A stretch of 58,811 nucleotides of DNA from a virus (Duplodnaviria; Caudoviricetes). The position numbers were made by a program, and so were the translations under genes. The notes beneath the pieces are model-generated. The model searched no databases, was not told the origin of the DNA, and was given only the letters and a program-made list of their open reading frames with translations. The stretch lies in the IMG/VR virus record IMGVR_UViG_3300030328_004676, positions 1-58,811 of that record; one strand, given 5' to 3'. This document shows, piece by piece, positions 49,301 to 57,721 of the stretch; position 1 is the stretch's first letter, and each line of letters opens with the position of its first letter.

Positions 49301-51420
49301 TCTAAGATTTTATCCATTCTAAGCATTCTAGCAAAACTAGGATCATCTCTTTTCATGTTGGGATTAATCCCTGCTATACCGCCTATAAAGCCTTTAAATC
49401 CAGTTTGCTTACGTCTAGCTTCCTGAAATGGATTAACGCTAGCAGATGTTGGGTCAAACTGCCTTACTTGAGGAATAAGCATGACAGATTTGGTCCCTTG
49501 GTTTGCATTATATACATTGAAACCAGAACCATAAGCTCTCTTCTTTGCTCCCTTTTTATATCCCGCAGCAGCGGCTTGCTCTTTTGTTATTTTCCCATCC
49601 TTAAGGCCACGGGCAACTTTTGCCCCACTTAATGATCTGCCCCCTATCATGAATGATGCATAATTAGGAACAAATCCACCTTTATTAAAACCAAGCCTAC
49701 CCTGATTTACATCTTCCATGAAAGGCTGGCCAAATTTATTAACCGCACTTTTCTGCATGACAAACTCACCAGAGGTAAGCATCGCAGGAACATCATCTTT
49801 TGTCCCTGACCCTCCAGTAACCTTACCACCAACAGCAAAAGGTTTACCTTTTTTACCGCCAAACAACCCAGTGCCAGCACTAAAACTCCCTACACCTCTA
49901 GCGGCAGCAGAAGTCGCTATCTGTCTCATAAGAGCAGCCTGAGTTGTTAATAATTGGTTCTCTCTTTGTATGGCAGCTAATACTGCTTGCTCTTTTTGAG
50001 CCTGAGTAGCAGTAGAACTCAAAATCATATTGCGAAGACTTTGATCTTTTTGCAAAAGACCAACAAGACCTGCCTCAATGTTTTTTATCTTTTCTGCCTG
50101 AGTCCCCATCGCAAAAAGGGATCTCAAACCCTCAACAGCGAACTTAGCAACCAACTTTGCTATTTTTGCAAACGCAGCAGTAACTAAAACAACAGCAGGA
50201 CCGCCCATGAAGGCACCTATTGCCTTAAAGATACCTTTTATAAAAATATTTCCTTTTTCTGGATCTAAGGCTTTATCTAAAAATTCTGTAAACTTTGTAG
50301 CTATGCCTACTAGGTTTTCTAAAAGAGGCCCGAATGTTAACTTGCCTATCTTTTCAGCTAGACTAGTAACACCCTGTATTAAAGCGTTAATTTGTGCAGC
50401 CAAACTTTTATTTAAAGCCTCATTTTTTTCGAAAGCCTCATTAGTAGCTTTAGAAGCAGTGGTAGCAGCTTTTTGAAATATAGAAGTTTCAGAACCTAAG
50501 TCTTTTAACGCCGCACTAACCACGTTTATCTGGAAAACTCCACCAGCTAATTCTTTTATCTTAGAAACAACCGTAGGGTCTCCTATATTTTCTATAGCCT
50601 TAGAAAGAGCATTCAACTTCTGAACTCCACTCATTGATGCATCAATCTGAACCCCCAATTCTTTAAGTTCCTCAATGGTTGTTCCTCTTTGGAGTCTTGT
50701 AAAAATTGATTTAAATGCGTTACCAATAACAGCGCCCCCTCTAGCTGTCTTTTGCTCTACAGCCGTCACAAGACCAAGTAATTGATCAAAACTAACGCCC
50801 GCATCTTCCGCTGTAGAACCCGCTCGACTAAAAGCCTCTGCCAAGTCTTGAGCAGAAACGGCAAAAGCCGTATCGACAGCAACCATTTTATTAACTATCT
50901 GATTGGCGTTTAGTCCAGCCGATGCAAATCCATTAATTGCTGCCGTAAGAGCTTTAACCGACTTTTCTGCGTCCAAACCCGATATCCTAGTTAAAACTAG
51001 AGAAGCTTTGAGCCTCTTCGCGGTTTCTTCTGCACTTAAACCTTGTCGAGCTAACTCAGCAGCGCCTTCTGCCACAGTATTAAAAGCTTGCCCCGTTTCT
51101 TTGGCTACCTGAAATATTGAGTTTCTAAATTTGTTAAACTGAACATCAGTGGCTTGAAAAATAGAGTTAATCTCTATCAATCTTTTTTCCACCTCAATTG
51201 TTGTTGAAACTAACTTTTTAAATGATTGTGTCACTCCGTTCAAAACGGCAGTAGTGGCTCCAAAGGCAAAGACACGGGCAGTCGAAGCATCCAGAGATTT
51301 CTGGAATTCAGAAGCTTGACCTGTAATCCTACCTAAAGCTTGTGATATCTGCTTCGTAGAAGCATTCAAGCTTTGCGGATTAAGGCTTACATTTAGGGAT
51401 GCATTTAGACTTGTAGCCAT
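46342..51420 (-). CDS. Tail tape measure protein (TP901-type core)
   Basis: 1692 aa, Ala/Gly-rich helical; ELARQG, DLAEAFSRAGSTA, GNAFKSIFTRL; hydrophobic Gly-rich segments. Confidence 0.9.
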   Translation of the reverse strand: MATSLNASLNVSLNPQSLNASTKQISQALGRITGQASEFQKSLDASTARVFAFGATTAVLNGVTQSFKKLVSTTIEVEKRLIEINSIFQATDVQFNKFRNSIFQVAKETGQAFNTVAEGAAELARQGLSAEETAKRLKASLVLTRISGLDAEKSVKALTAAINGFASAGLNANQIVNKMVAVDTAFAVSAQDLAEAFSRAGSTAEDAGVSFDQLLGLVTAVEQKTARGGAVIGNAFKSIFTRLQRGTTIEELKELGVQIDASMSGVQKLNALSKAIENIGDPTVVSKIKELAGGVFQINVVSAALKDLGSETSIFQKAATTASKATNEAFEKNEALNKSLAAQINALIQGVTSLAEKIGKLTFGPLLENLVGIATKFTEFLDKALDPEKGNIFIKGIFKAIGAFMGGPAVVLVTAAFAKIAKLVAKFAVEGLRSLFAMGTQAEKIKNIEAGLVGLLQKDQSLRNMILSSTATQAQKEQAVLAAIQRENQLLTTQAALMRQIATSAAARGVGSFSAGTGLFGGKKGKPFAVGGKVTGGSGTKDDVPAMLTSGEFVMQKSAVNKFGQPFMEDVNQGRLGFNKGGFVPNYASFMIGGRSLSGAKVARGLKDGKITKEQAAAAGYKKGAKKRAYGSGFNVYNANQGTKSVMLIPQVRQFDPTSASVNPFQEARRKQTGFKGFIGGIAGINPNMKRDDPSFARMLRMDKILDASMARGVNNAMDITTKKMGGKLKMKPKRYGVQDIKKRVLAEGGAGAFGALRGAVFEAIVNAVQGGVKAGTGNNTLDVKIAGNQVIEKIFGLTGRGFSWGDFKNSAAGKSRFSEQVMRSIPKKELAFKGIKKAKGGIIPNYAMGSRMPDSKIRVHRDTMTGEPLAVTNLEDEPRGLRDAVDRERAGIPMGAGGFVPNYRFGGIRKIFGGLGKGKKKKSSSGGGDVQKAESGMGGLVTNLFLLSSVLGTGSAAVEQNTNSLDVEREERIANAHAAKEEIGARMELIAEIEADISARKRRDSGGGGGLGSMLTFDNALTGLMIGSIAAPLLKKVGGGKLMKGIGGSKVGQGVGGFFGGSSKKGIGGFVARNAPTRNFAQSQRLGKGASSAVRGAGTIGVAIGAIELLPKLFGDELTKHEKKVATGKTLGAIGGGMAAGAAIGSVVPVAGTIAGAVVGLLAGTAGALIGGMLGEKATEAALGPDEDKGISPEDRRQQNLLRLIEKDVNTTGTIGFDQETFGAKVQAGAQLISDQAGGGEAGEKAAMAAVEDYTKARQAYADAIQGHLDADGTNEEESDAAHAKLVKARADLTKASMKLTQSTHDNQADRDANDALYDELTSKRNSLVKQSNANQEKLNKALLETEVALAEHRNNMAARLAMGGSLQGRFGEAVQDANQFGSDMSGINDARNVRNDAQNKLDAFLRANQGKESDPNFQARLAPFQAAVEKAGIDFKAKVGESAARLQNLISSLKKQEEGIIKKRKDIKAEEDQNKIDFGGKFQGTGFNKVDPTFLKAQMDELQKTFLDPKATETDKARLLENFNPQDLGSVTQVIKGLGSPELVEAINSFKLAGANKMKDAGFSDDQIKNLQEETGVLKTKDLQDVDAELEAVRVRIKGAEKAFGELENNTDTASVAKEMKDLKAAMEAAAGSFDGVTNYIDAQVDAAKEVTKVVENNNEIVKSATKIQENLNKRLADVESQLGQMKKNL

Positions 51421-51439
51421 ATAGTGTAAATTACACTTA

Positions 51440-52318
51440 TCAGCTTAAAAAGTCTTCTGCTTTCAACTTTCCACCCCTCATAGCCATTTTTGCTTTTAAA
51501 TCACTCACCCCATGACTAACCTTTGAATCCTTTTCTTGCTTCTCTTCATATTCCAGCATTTTGAGGGGATCTCCATAGATTTCATCTGGAATTTTGGTAT
51601 TTTTCATCTTATTTAATAAACTACTAGAAAGAGCTATAAGACTCTTTTGAAAAAGAGTAATATCATTAAAAGTCTTACCAAATAAAGCTAACGGATTAGA
51701 ATTTTGAGGAACATATAAATCAAAAAAACCTCCGTGGAAAGATGCATTTAATATAGTTTCTTTATCGAGAAATTTCGCGTATGAGGAAAATAATAAACTC
51801 GCCACCATAACATGATCATCTAGACCCTCTGTAAACTCTTTATCCTTAAATAAACAATTAGTTAAAATTCTTTTAGTCTTTTTTACACCAGCAAGATGTT
51901 CTGCGCTAAAATGGACGAGCTTACCCCTTTTGTTCTGGATATCCTCTAATTCCTTCTCTTGATCTTTTATCTGCTTGTTAAAAAGCTCCCTTTGTTTTGG
52001 GTCTTCAATTTTTGACAAAGCAGTCATGGATTTTTTTAACATCCACTTTAGAGATTGTATTTTTTCGTCATCAGCTTTAGACCAAGACCCTAATTCAATT
52101 GCCCGAGAAAGAATTTCCTCTTCTGTTTTAATACCACGCTTGGCAGACTCTTCTATGTCGATAAAAAAAAGAGACTCGTTCTCTAGTGTCTGGAGAACAG
52201 TAGGATGGCGAAAATAATATCTCTTACCCTCAAGAGAAAGAATGCTGTAACCGCGAGTTATATCTAATAGATCAACTTGGGAGGAATCATTTTTCTTCTT
52301 CTTTCTCTGCTGGCTCAT
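51440..52318 (-). CDS. Hypothetical protein, tail assembly chaperone candidate
   Basis: Directly upstream of the tape measure gene; charged, helical. Confidence 0.5.
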   Translation of the reverse strand: MSQQRKKKKNDSSQVDLLDITRGYSILSLEGKRYYFRHPTVLQTLENESLFFIDIEESAKRGIKTEEEILSRAIELGSWSKADDEKIQSLKWMLKKSMTALSKIEDPKQRELFNKQIKDQEKELEDIQNKRGKLVHFSAEHLAGVKKTKRILTNCLFKDKEFTEGLDDHVMVASLLFSSYAKFLDKETILNASFHGGFFDLYVPQNSNPLALFGKTFNDITLFQKSLIALSSSLLNKMKNTKIPDEIYGDPLKMLEYEEKQEKDSKVSHGVSDLKAKMAMRGGKLKAEDFLS

Positions 52319-53093
52319 TAAACAGATCCTTTAAGACTTTATCTATAGATTCTTGGTCAGTTCCTAGCTTATTATACCAAATACTAACGACCCTAATTAA
52401 AGTATCAAAAGACTTATCAAAAATCACTTTAAGCTTATGCAGGACAGCATCTTCAACATCATCAGTTTCTAACTCTTGAAGCATAAGCATCCTTTTCCTT
52501 CTCTCCTCGTAAGACTCTCCCTCAAAAAAGGGAAACAATTCTTTCTTGTCTTCAGCCTCCTCCTCATAAAAAGAAAAATTTAAAACAAGCCACTCTATTA
52601 GTTTTTGTTCCGCTTTAGCATCAGCGGTTTGATTGAACTGGGAAGCCAGCGCAACTTCATACTCATGAACCTCCGCTTGTGTAGCTATAAAATCTTCTTC
52701 TGCCTCTTGTAGTTGCTGTTTTTGCTCTTCAGTCAAATCTTTAGCACCTGCAAAAAACTCAATAACTTTAGCGGCAGCCATATTTTTCTTAACAATATCT
52801 GCCATTCTGTCTGAGGCGACTTCAGAGTTTAATCCACCATTATCACCCATCTTCTTGGCCAACATCGCCTTAGTCAAAAATCCAGCATTAATATATTCGT
52901 TGAATTTTTGCCCATAAAAGAACTCGGCATCCTCAATTGCAGAAATACTAGGCTTTCCAAAAACAACTCTATTTTTAATTGTTTTTTTTGATTTTTTAAT
53001 AGCCTCAACTTCTTCTCCGTCCTTCGTCTTTTTAATATAAGGAACCTCTTTGACTGTCTGCCTCTTTACATCAAATGAATATACTTCTTTCAC
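52287..53093 (-). CDS. Hypothetical protein, tail assembly chaperone candidate
   Basis: Acidic helical protein between the tail tube and tape measure genes; GTG start. Confidence 0.5.
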   Translation of the reverse strand: MKEVYSFDVKRQTVKEVPYIKKTKDGEEVEAIKKSKKTIKNRVVFGKPSISAIEDAEFFYGQKFNEYINAGFLTKAMLAKKMGDNGGLNSEVASDRMADIVKKNMAAAKVIEFFAGAKDLTEEQKQQLQEAEEDFIATQAEVHEYEVALASQFNQTADAKAEQKLIEWLVLNFSFYEEEAEDKKELFPFFEGESYEERRKRMLMLQELETDDVEDAVLHKLKVIFDKSFDTLIRVVSIWYNKLGTDQESIDKVLKDLFNEPAEKEEEK

Positions 53094-53099
53094 AAGAAT

Positions 53100-53127
53100 A
53101 TTATATTAAAATTTACAATAAAATCAA
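53100..53127 (-). promoter_or_regulatory. sigma70-type promoter, leaderless
   Basis: TTGATT-16nt-TATAAT-6nt-GTG(53093). Confidence 0.65.
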
Positions 53128-53513
53128 CTTTTTACTCCACTAACGGAGAGAGATAAAGATCCATTGTTATATCCATCGAAGCGAACAGCGTTAACTTTCC
53201 CATCTGTTACATATCCTGTAATATCTAGACCATTAGCCATTAAAACAGTATCATGATAATACGAAAAAGTTTTGTTTGTGTGATCGTATTGAACAGCTAA
53301 CTCAAACGGAACACCACTGTCATAGCCACCAAAGAAATTGCCGCTCTGATCAAAGAGATATCCTTGATAGCCAGAAAAAGTGACTAAAGTCCTTTGGCTA
53401 GAAGCTCCTGTTTCCATTAAATCAAGCCTAAAACCATTCGCTGGATCATTAACTGTTATATCTAAATCATAAACAGCGTTTTTATAATTAGCGATTTCTC
53501 CCGTAGTCATCAT
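53124..53513 (-). CDS. Putative minor virion protein
   Basis: Beta-rich, S/T-G rich, tail module. Confidence 0.55.
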   Translation of the reverse strand: MMTTGEIANYKNAVYDLDITVNDPANGFRLDLMETGASSQRTLVTFSGYQGYLFDQSGNFFGGYDSGVPFELAVQYDHTNKTFSYYHDTVLMANGLDITGYVTDGKVNAVRFDGYNNGSLSLSVSGVKS

Positions 53514-54358
53514 TTCATTATTGGGAAATAGTAAGAAAAACTTACTGTTGTATTATCATCTAAAGAAGTTGATTCATCAACCGTTTCTAGGCAACAACCA
53601 CTATTATCAAACTCCATTACAGAAGCCCCGTCTTGGTCTTTTAATTTAATTTTAATTACGCCACTATCACAAATAAGACTAGACAAGTCTAAACCAGTAA
53701 CTTGATTTTTAATCGCATTAAACGATAAGCTTCCATTAGCTGGCATTGTCGGATACCTAAATCTAGGAACTCTAGTCCCTAATCTAGTTACAGGATTTTT
53801 CTCCATAGAGACAGATATTGAAAAATCTTGGATATTAAAACTAGCAGTGCTAATTCCTTCTTTTTCATGTGTGCTGGTTATTTCTATATCTTTCGGCCTA
53901 AAGAATCCATCAAAAACATCATTTGAGGCATCACTATCAGTTAGTGCTCCAGCAGATGTAAATATAGCCCCATCACCCACATATGAAGTTTGCCCCTTTA
54001 CAATATTTCCCACAGAACCATCTACTGAGTAGCTTGTTAAGGAACCTCCAGAAATAGTGGTAACGCCAACTTTATCTTTTACTTTTAGATTGAAGTTACC
54101 AGTAGAAAGGAATCCAGAACCCATTTCCTGATAGGTATAAATAGGCTCAACACCTGTGTTACCAGTGGTTAAATTTATACTTACATTAACAGTAGAGGAT
54201 TGATTAGCCGTTAACACCCTATCAACAACATGAGAAGTCCCAAGCCTTTGAATGTCTGTCACACCTTTAGAGGAGTTAACATCAACGGCTGTGACGGCTG
54301 GGACTCTTGCATCATCCACAAAAAGCTGGATGTCGCTAGAATGTATCCTATCTGGCAT
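53510..54358 (-). CDS. Tail tube protein paralogue
   Basis: Collinear similarity to the upstream tail tube candidate (see findings). Confidence 0.6.
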   Translation of the reverse strand: MPDRIHSSDIQLFVDDARVPAVTAVDVNSSKGVTDIQRLGTSHVVDRVLTANQSSTVNVSINLTTGNTGVEPIYTYQEMGSGFLSTGNFNLKVKDKVGVTTISGGSLTSYSVDGSVGNIVKGQTSYVGDGAIFTSAGALTDSDASNDVFDGFFRPKDIEITSTHEKEGISTASFNIQDFSISVSMEKNPVTRLGTRVPRFRYPTMPANGSLSFNAIKNQVTGLDLSSLICDSGVIKIKLKDQDGASVMEFDNSGCCLETVDESTSLDDNTTVSFSYYFPIMK

Positions 54359-54372
54359 ATAATAGTTTACAC

Positions 54373-54401
54373 AAAAAAGCCCCGCATTTCTGCGAGGCTT
54401 T
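54373..54401 (-). terminator. Intrinsic terminator after the major tail protein gene
   Basis: AAAGCCTCGCA-GAAA-TGCGGGGCTTTTTT. Confidence 0.85.
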
Positions 54402-54427
54402 CCTGTTGATATTTTTCAACCAAATTA

Positions 54428-55705
54428 TTAACCATCCAAAGATGAATAAGTGGTCTTAGATGAATTGTTATTCTTAAGGTATAAGAAACCATTCGCAAAC
54501 ACATCAGCAGCAGCAGTTGAAGAGTATTTATCTTTTGCTCCTCCTGCTTGACCAGAATAAAAGAATCCTTGATCAGTTTGATTCACACCTCCAATTTGAG
54601 TTGAGAAAACAAGATCAAGAGTCTCGTTATCATCTAGTCCTTGTGAGAACCCTTGTGAGTCCATCACTGCTTTTTGCATTGTATAGATATGTCTATGCGC
54701 CCCATCGTCACCCTTTACTTTCAGCGTGATGTTTGTAGTCTCGTTACCAGCAGCACCAGTCAGAATTTTATCAATTTGACCTTCACTGAAATTCTTAAGT
54801 AACGCACTAACATTCATTGTGACGTTAATTGGGAAGTCCAGCGGTTTAGCCACTGCTTTAGCAGAACCAAGAGCCTCGATAGGAGTTCTTGAAAGAGGAA
54901 CCTCAATAGAAGCACTCTGAACATGCATATCTCCAAGATCTGTCCCTCCAAATGTAAACTCTTCATTTGAGAAGGTAAGAGTCACATCTTCTGGCCTAAG
55001 CACAAGAACATCCATATTTCCAGTAGTTGGAGTTCCAAGCATAAACTGTCCAGTATCTGCTCGTCCCCCAGCCTTGTTAAGTGATGGATTATACAATCCA
55101 GAACTGGTTGTGTCGAATGTTACGTTCTCTGCGGTTCCCTCAATGTCTACCCTTGGAATTTCTCCTACAGCAAAGTTAACATTGTAACTTTCGAAGTTGC
55201 AGTTTCCGAAAGATACGACATCATGCCCCGCTCTTTCAGCAACAGTGAAATGTCCTGTTGGGTTATCAATAGAAGAGCTTGTCGCAGCAAATGCGTCTTC
55301 TCCTTCTTTTACAGTCAGCACAAACAAATTTTTCTCTCTTTTCTGAGGATCTTCTGCAAGAATACCAGATATGAATTGATCTTGTAAACCCGCTGCTGTT
55401 TGCCCGAGTGGATTAAATCCTATATTACCCTCATTTTCGCCGTCTCCAAGGTAATAACCTAATGAAAATGATGGGTTTAAATCACCAAGTGTGATTGTTC
55501 CGATTCGCGCTAATTGTCCAAATTCCCTAATGTCTTGTCGCCCTCCAGCGATGTCAACATCAAAAGAGAAAGTGTCAACGCGATGAAGCTGTTGTGGCAT
55601 AACGCCAGTTTTATTCTTACCTATAGCCCCTAAATCACCAATGGTGCCTGTGGGGGCTATGTAAACAGCCTTGCTTTGTGAAATTACTCTAGTTCTAGAA
55701 GCCAT
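54428..55705 (-). CDS. Major tail tube protein candidate
   Basis: Position after the neck genes; own upstream motif and terminator; internally duplicated beta-rich tube-like pattern. Confidence 0.65.
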   Translation of the reverse strand: MASRTRVISQSKAVYIAPTGTIGDLGAIGKNKTGVMPQQLHRVDTFSFDVDIAGGRQDIREFGQLARIGTITLGDLNPSFSLGYYLGDGENEGNIGFNPLGQTAAGLQDQFISGILAEDPQKREKNLFVLTVKEGEDAFAATSSSIDNPTGHFTVAERAGHDVVSFGNCNFESYNVNFAVGEIPRVDIEGTAENVTFDTTSSGLYNPSLNKAGGRADTGQFMLGTPTTGNMDVLVLRPEDVTLTFSNEEFTFGGTDLGDMHVQSASIEVPLSRTPIEALGSAKAVAKPLDFPINVTMNVSALLKNFSEGQIDKILTGAAGNETTNITLKVKGDDGAHRHIYTMQKAVMDSQGFSQGLDDNETLDLVFSTQIGGVNQTDQGFFYSGQAGGAKDKYSSTAAADVFANGFLYLKNNNSSKTTYSSLDG

Positions 55706-55751
55706 ATTAATTTAAATTAAAAGTGAAATGTTTACACTTTCTTACACGGAT

Positions 55752-56636
55752 TTATAGTCTAGGGAAACGATAAGTGCATAATTCGAAGTCTATATATCCA
55801 ATCGAAATGTTTTTATTAAGGTTTTCTCTGATTCGTTCTGAGACTATTTTTGATACGGAAACACTGTGAATATGCGATTTTACAGGGCTTGATTGAGCAG
55901 CAACCAAATTACTGTAACTATAAGGAAAGTCTTTTACTGAGAACGAAAATCCATATGGAAAATCTTCATACGGAATATGCGTAATATCTCTTCTCACAGT
56001 ATCTCTAAACAGCGAAAGAACAGAATCTAGCGTGTAATTATCGAAAGATAAAATCATCACTCTCATTTTGGTTCTAGTGTCCTCTTCTCCTCCAAAAGAA
56101 AACTCATTGTTGTCGGAAGAGGCTACAGAAATAAAACAAGCGGGTAAAAAATACGTTGTTTCGTCATATTCTCCAGTTTTCCCATATTGATAAGGCAATT
56201 CTGTTGCACTGTCCTTAAAGTCAGAATGAAGGATTATTTGTGCATCTGTATCATTTGTGATGTAAGTATTTACTTCTTTTACTGTCGAATTTGCCGTTAA
56301 TTCCTTGCCAGCTATTTCAGCGCCAGAAGCTTTTGGAAAAATTAACCTACCATTTTCATAATCTGTAAAGACACCACCATTTTCGTCATAGTTGCCGCTG
56401 ATAAAAGCGTTATCTAAAAAGAACCCAGAATTAGGTTCATCTACCGCATATTCACCAACCAACGATCTATACTTTCCTTGAAAAGCGATATGACTAGGCG
56501 GGACATCAGGAAAAGATCCAGAAGTGAAAGCATTGCTTAAGTCTGTTTTATAAGCTTGTGCAGAACTACCTAATAAACGGTTCTCAAACCATAGGTAGAA
56601 ACTTGACAAAATATTCTGATCAAACTGCGCCTTCAT
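55752..56636 (-). CDS. Neck/tail terminator protein candidate
   Basis: LPACFIS..EFSFGG..C-terminal IDFELC pattern; synteny. Confidence 0.5.
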   Translation of the reverse strand: MKAQFDQNILSSFYLWFENRLLGSSAQAYKTDLSNAFTSGSFPDVPPSHIAFQGKYRSLVGEYAVDEPNSGFFLDNAFISGNYDENGGVFTDYENGRLIFPKASGAEIAGKELTANSTVKEVNTYITNDTDAQIILHSDFKDSATELPYQYGKTGEYDETTYFLPACFISVASSDNNEFSFGGEEDTRTKMRVMILSFDNYTLDSVLSLFRDTVRRDITHIPYEDFPYGFSFSVKDFPYSYSNLVAAQSSPVKSHIHSVSVSKIVSERIRENLNKNISIGYIDFELCTYRFPRL

Positions 56637-57274
56637 TTATCTAATCTTAATAATCTCTTTTTAAAGTTTTCTATTAATTTTCCAATATATGGAGTCCTAC
56701 TAAAACTTACACCAGAAGATCTATTTTTGACCTGTATGGCTGTCCCAGAACTAGATTGCCCAAATCCTGAGCTACTAAATAAGTATTGTCCTAAGTTAGT
56801 TAAGCCCCCATCTTCTATACTTTTCGACCAGCTTTTGCCAGTCATCCAAGGTATTGGGGTTAATCCATATATCTCATCTACAGATGGGATAAAGAAAGTG
56901 ACAGTATATTGTCCCCTATTATTTTTTCTTCTAACTCTAAATTTTATTTTTTCCTGAAATATTTGAGATATTACTTCTGTTGGTCGGTCTCCAGAAGAGA
57001 ATCCTATAAAAGAAAAAAGGTTACCATAACCACCTAAAGTGCCACTAGTGTTTGATGCTCTTGGCCCCGCGTCTAACTCGACAGTGATAGGATGAGATTT
57101 AAAGTTTCGCTGTAGTTCTTTTTGCCTCTCTTGTATTTTTGGGTCTATAACAGACCTAATGGCCATTCCCATTCTCTTGTGGTTCGGGCTATCTACAGTT
57201 AGCTCTCTCAAAAGCTCCTTGGCGTTTATAGTCACCACGGGCCTTGACACCGACATGAATTTTCCTCCAGCCAT
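56633..57274 (-). CDS. Neck/tail completion protein candidate
   Basis: Basic protein ending in ..RTPYIGKLIENF; synteny. Confidence 0.45.
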   Translation of the reverse strand: MAGGKFMSVSRPVVTINAKELLRELTVDSPNHKRMGMAIRSVIDPKIQERQKELQRNFKSHPITVELDAGPRASNTSGTLGGYGNLFSFIGFSSGDRPTEVISQIFQEKIKFRVRRKNNRGQYTVTFFIPSVDEIYGLTPIPWMTGKSWSKSIEDGGLTNLGQYLFSSSGFGQSSSGTAIQVKNRSSGVSFSRTPYIGKLIENFKKRLLRLDK

Positions 57275-57720
57275 TAGTTCTCACGCTTCAGAAAAATAGA
57301 GTAAAATTGAGTATCAAATGGACCAATTACCTTAGCATCTCCATCAACAACAAATAACTCATTATCAACTTCAATCTTAGAGCAAATCTTTATCTTTTCA
57401 TAAGCATCAGACTTTACCTTAATTCTTATCTGGCCCTCAGAAGCCATGAGGCTCATTTGTCCATTACCGTCAAGTATATCTTCTTTTTGCTCGTTCTTAT
57501 AATAAACGCGGGCAGTATAAGTATACTTAGTTAGCGTCTGCTCCGAAGAGATCTTCGCCACATCTTTTCTTCTTCCGTATAGAGGATTATAATTAAGCTC
57601 TACAGGCACAGAAGCAGTTTCTTCTACATAAATATATATATTTCTAGCAAAAGTGTCGTGGACATCGCTAAGAGCCGAATTAATGGCCGTCTTTTCAGCG
57701 TCTGTAAGAAGTGAGGCCAT
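57274..57720 (-). CDS. Head closure/head-tail adaptor candidate
   Basis: 148 aa, beta-rich; synteny. Confidence 0.45.
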   Translation of the reverse strand: MASLLTDAEKTAINSALSDVHDTFARNIYIYVEETASVPVELNYNPLYGRRKDVAKISSEQTLTKYTYTARVYYKNEQKEDILDGNGQMSLMASEGQIRIKVKSDAYEKIKICSKIEVDNELFVVDGDAKVIGPFDTQFYSIFLKREN

Positions 57721-57721
57721 A

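Noticed and set aside
52287-52318. Programmed -1 frameshift joining the two tail chaperone candidates (lambda G/GT type)
   Set aside because: The downstream ORF is in the +1 frame and has its own ATG; no clear XXXYYYZ slippery site in a suitable frame
2706-56957. Numerous 60-130 aa ORFs antisense to or nested in long genes
   Set aside because: They overlap well-supported genes and show no motifs or expression signals
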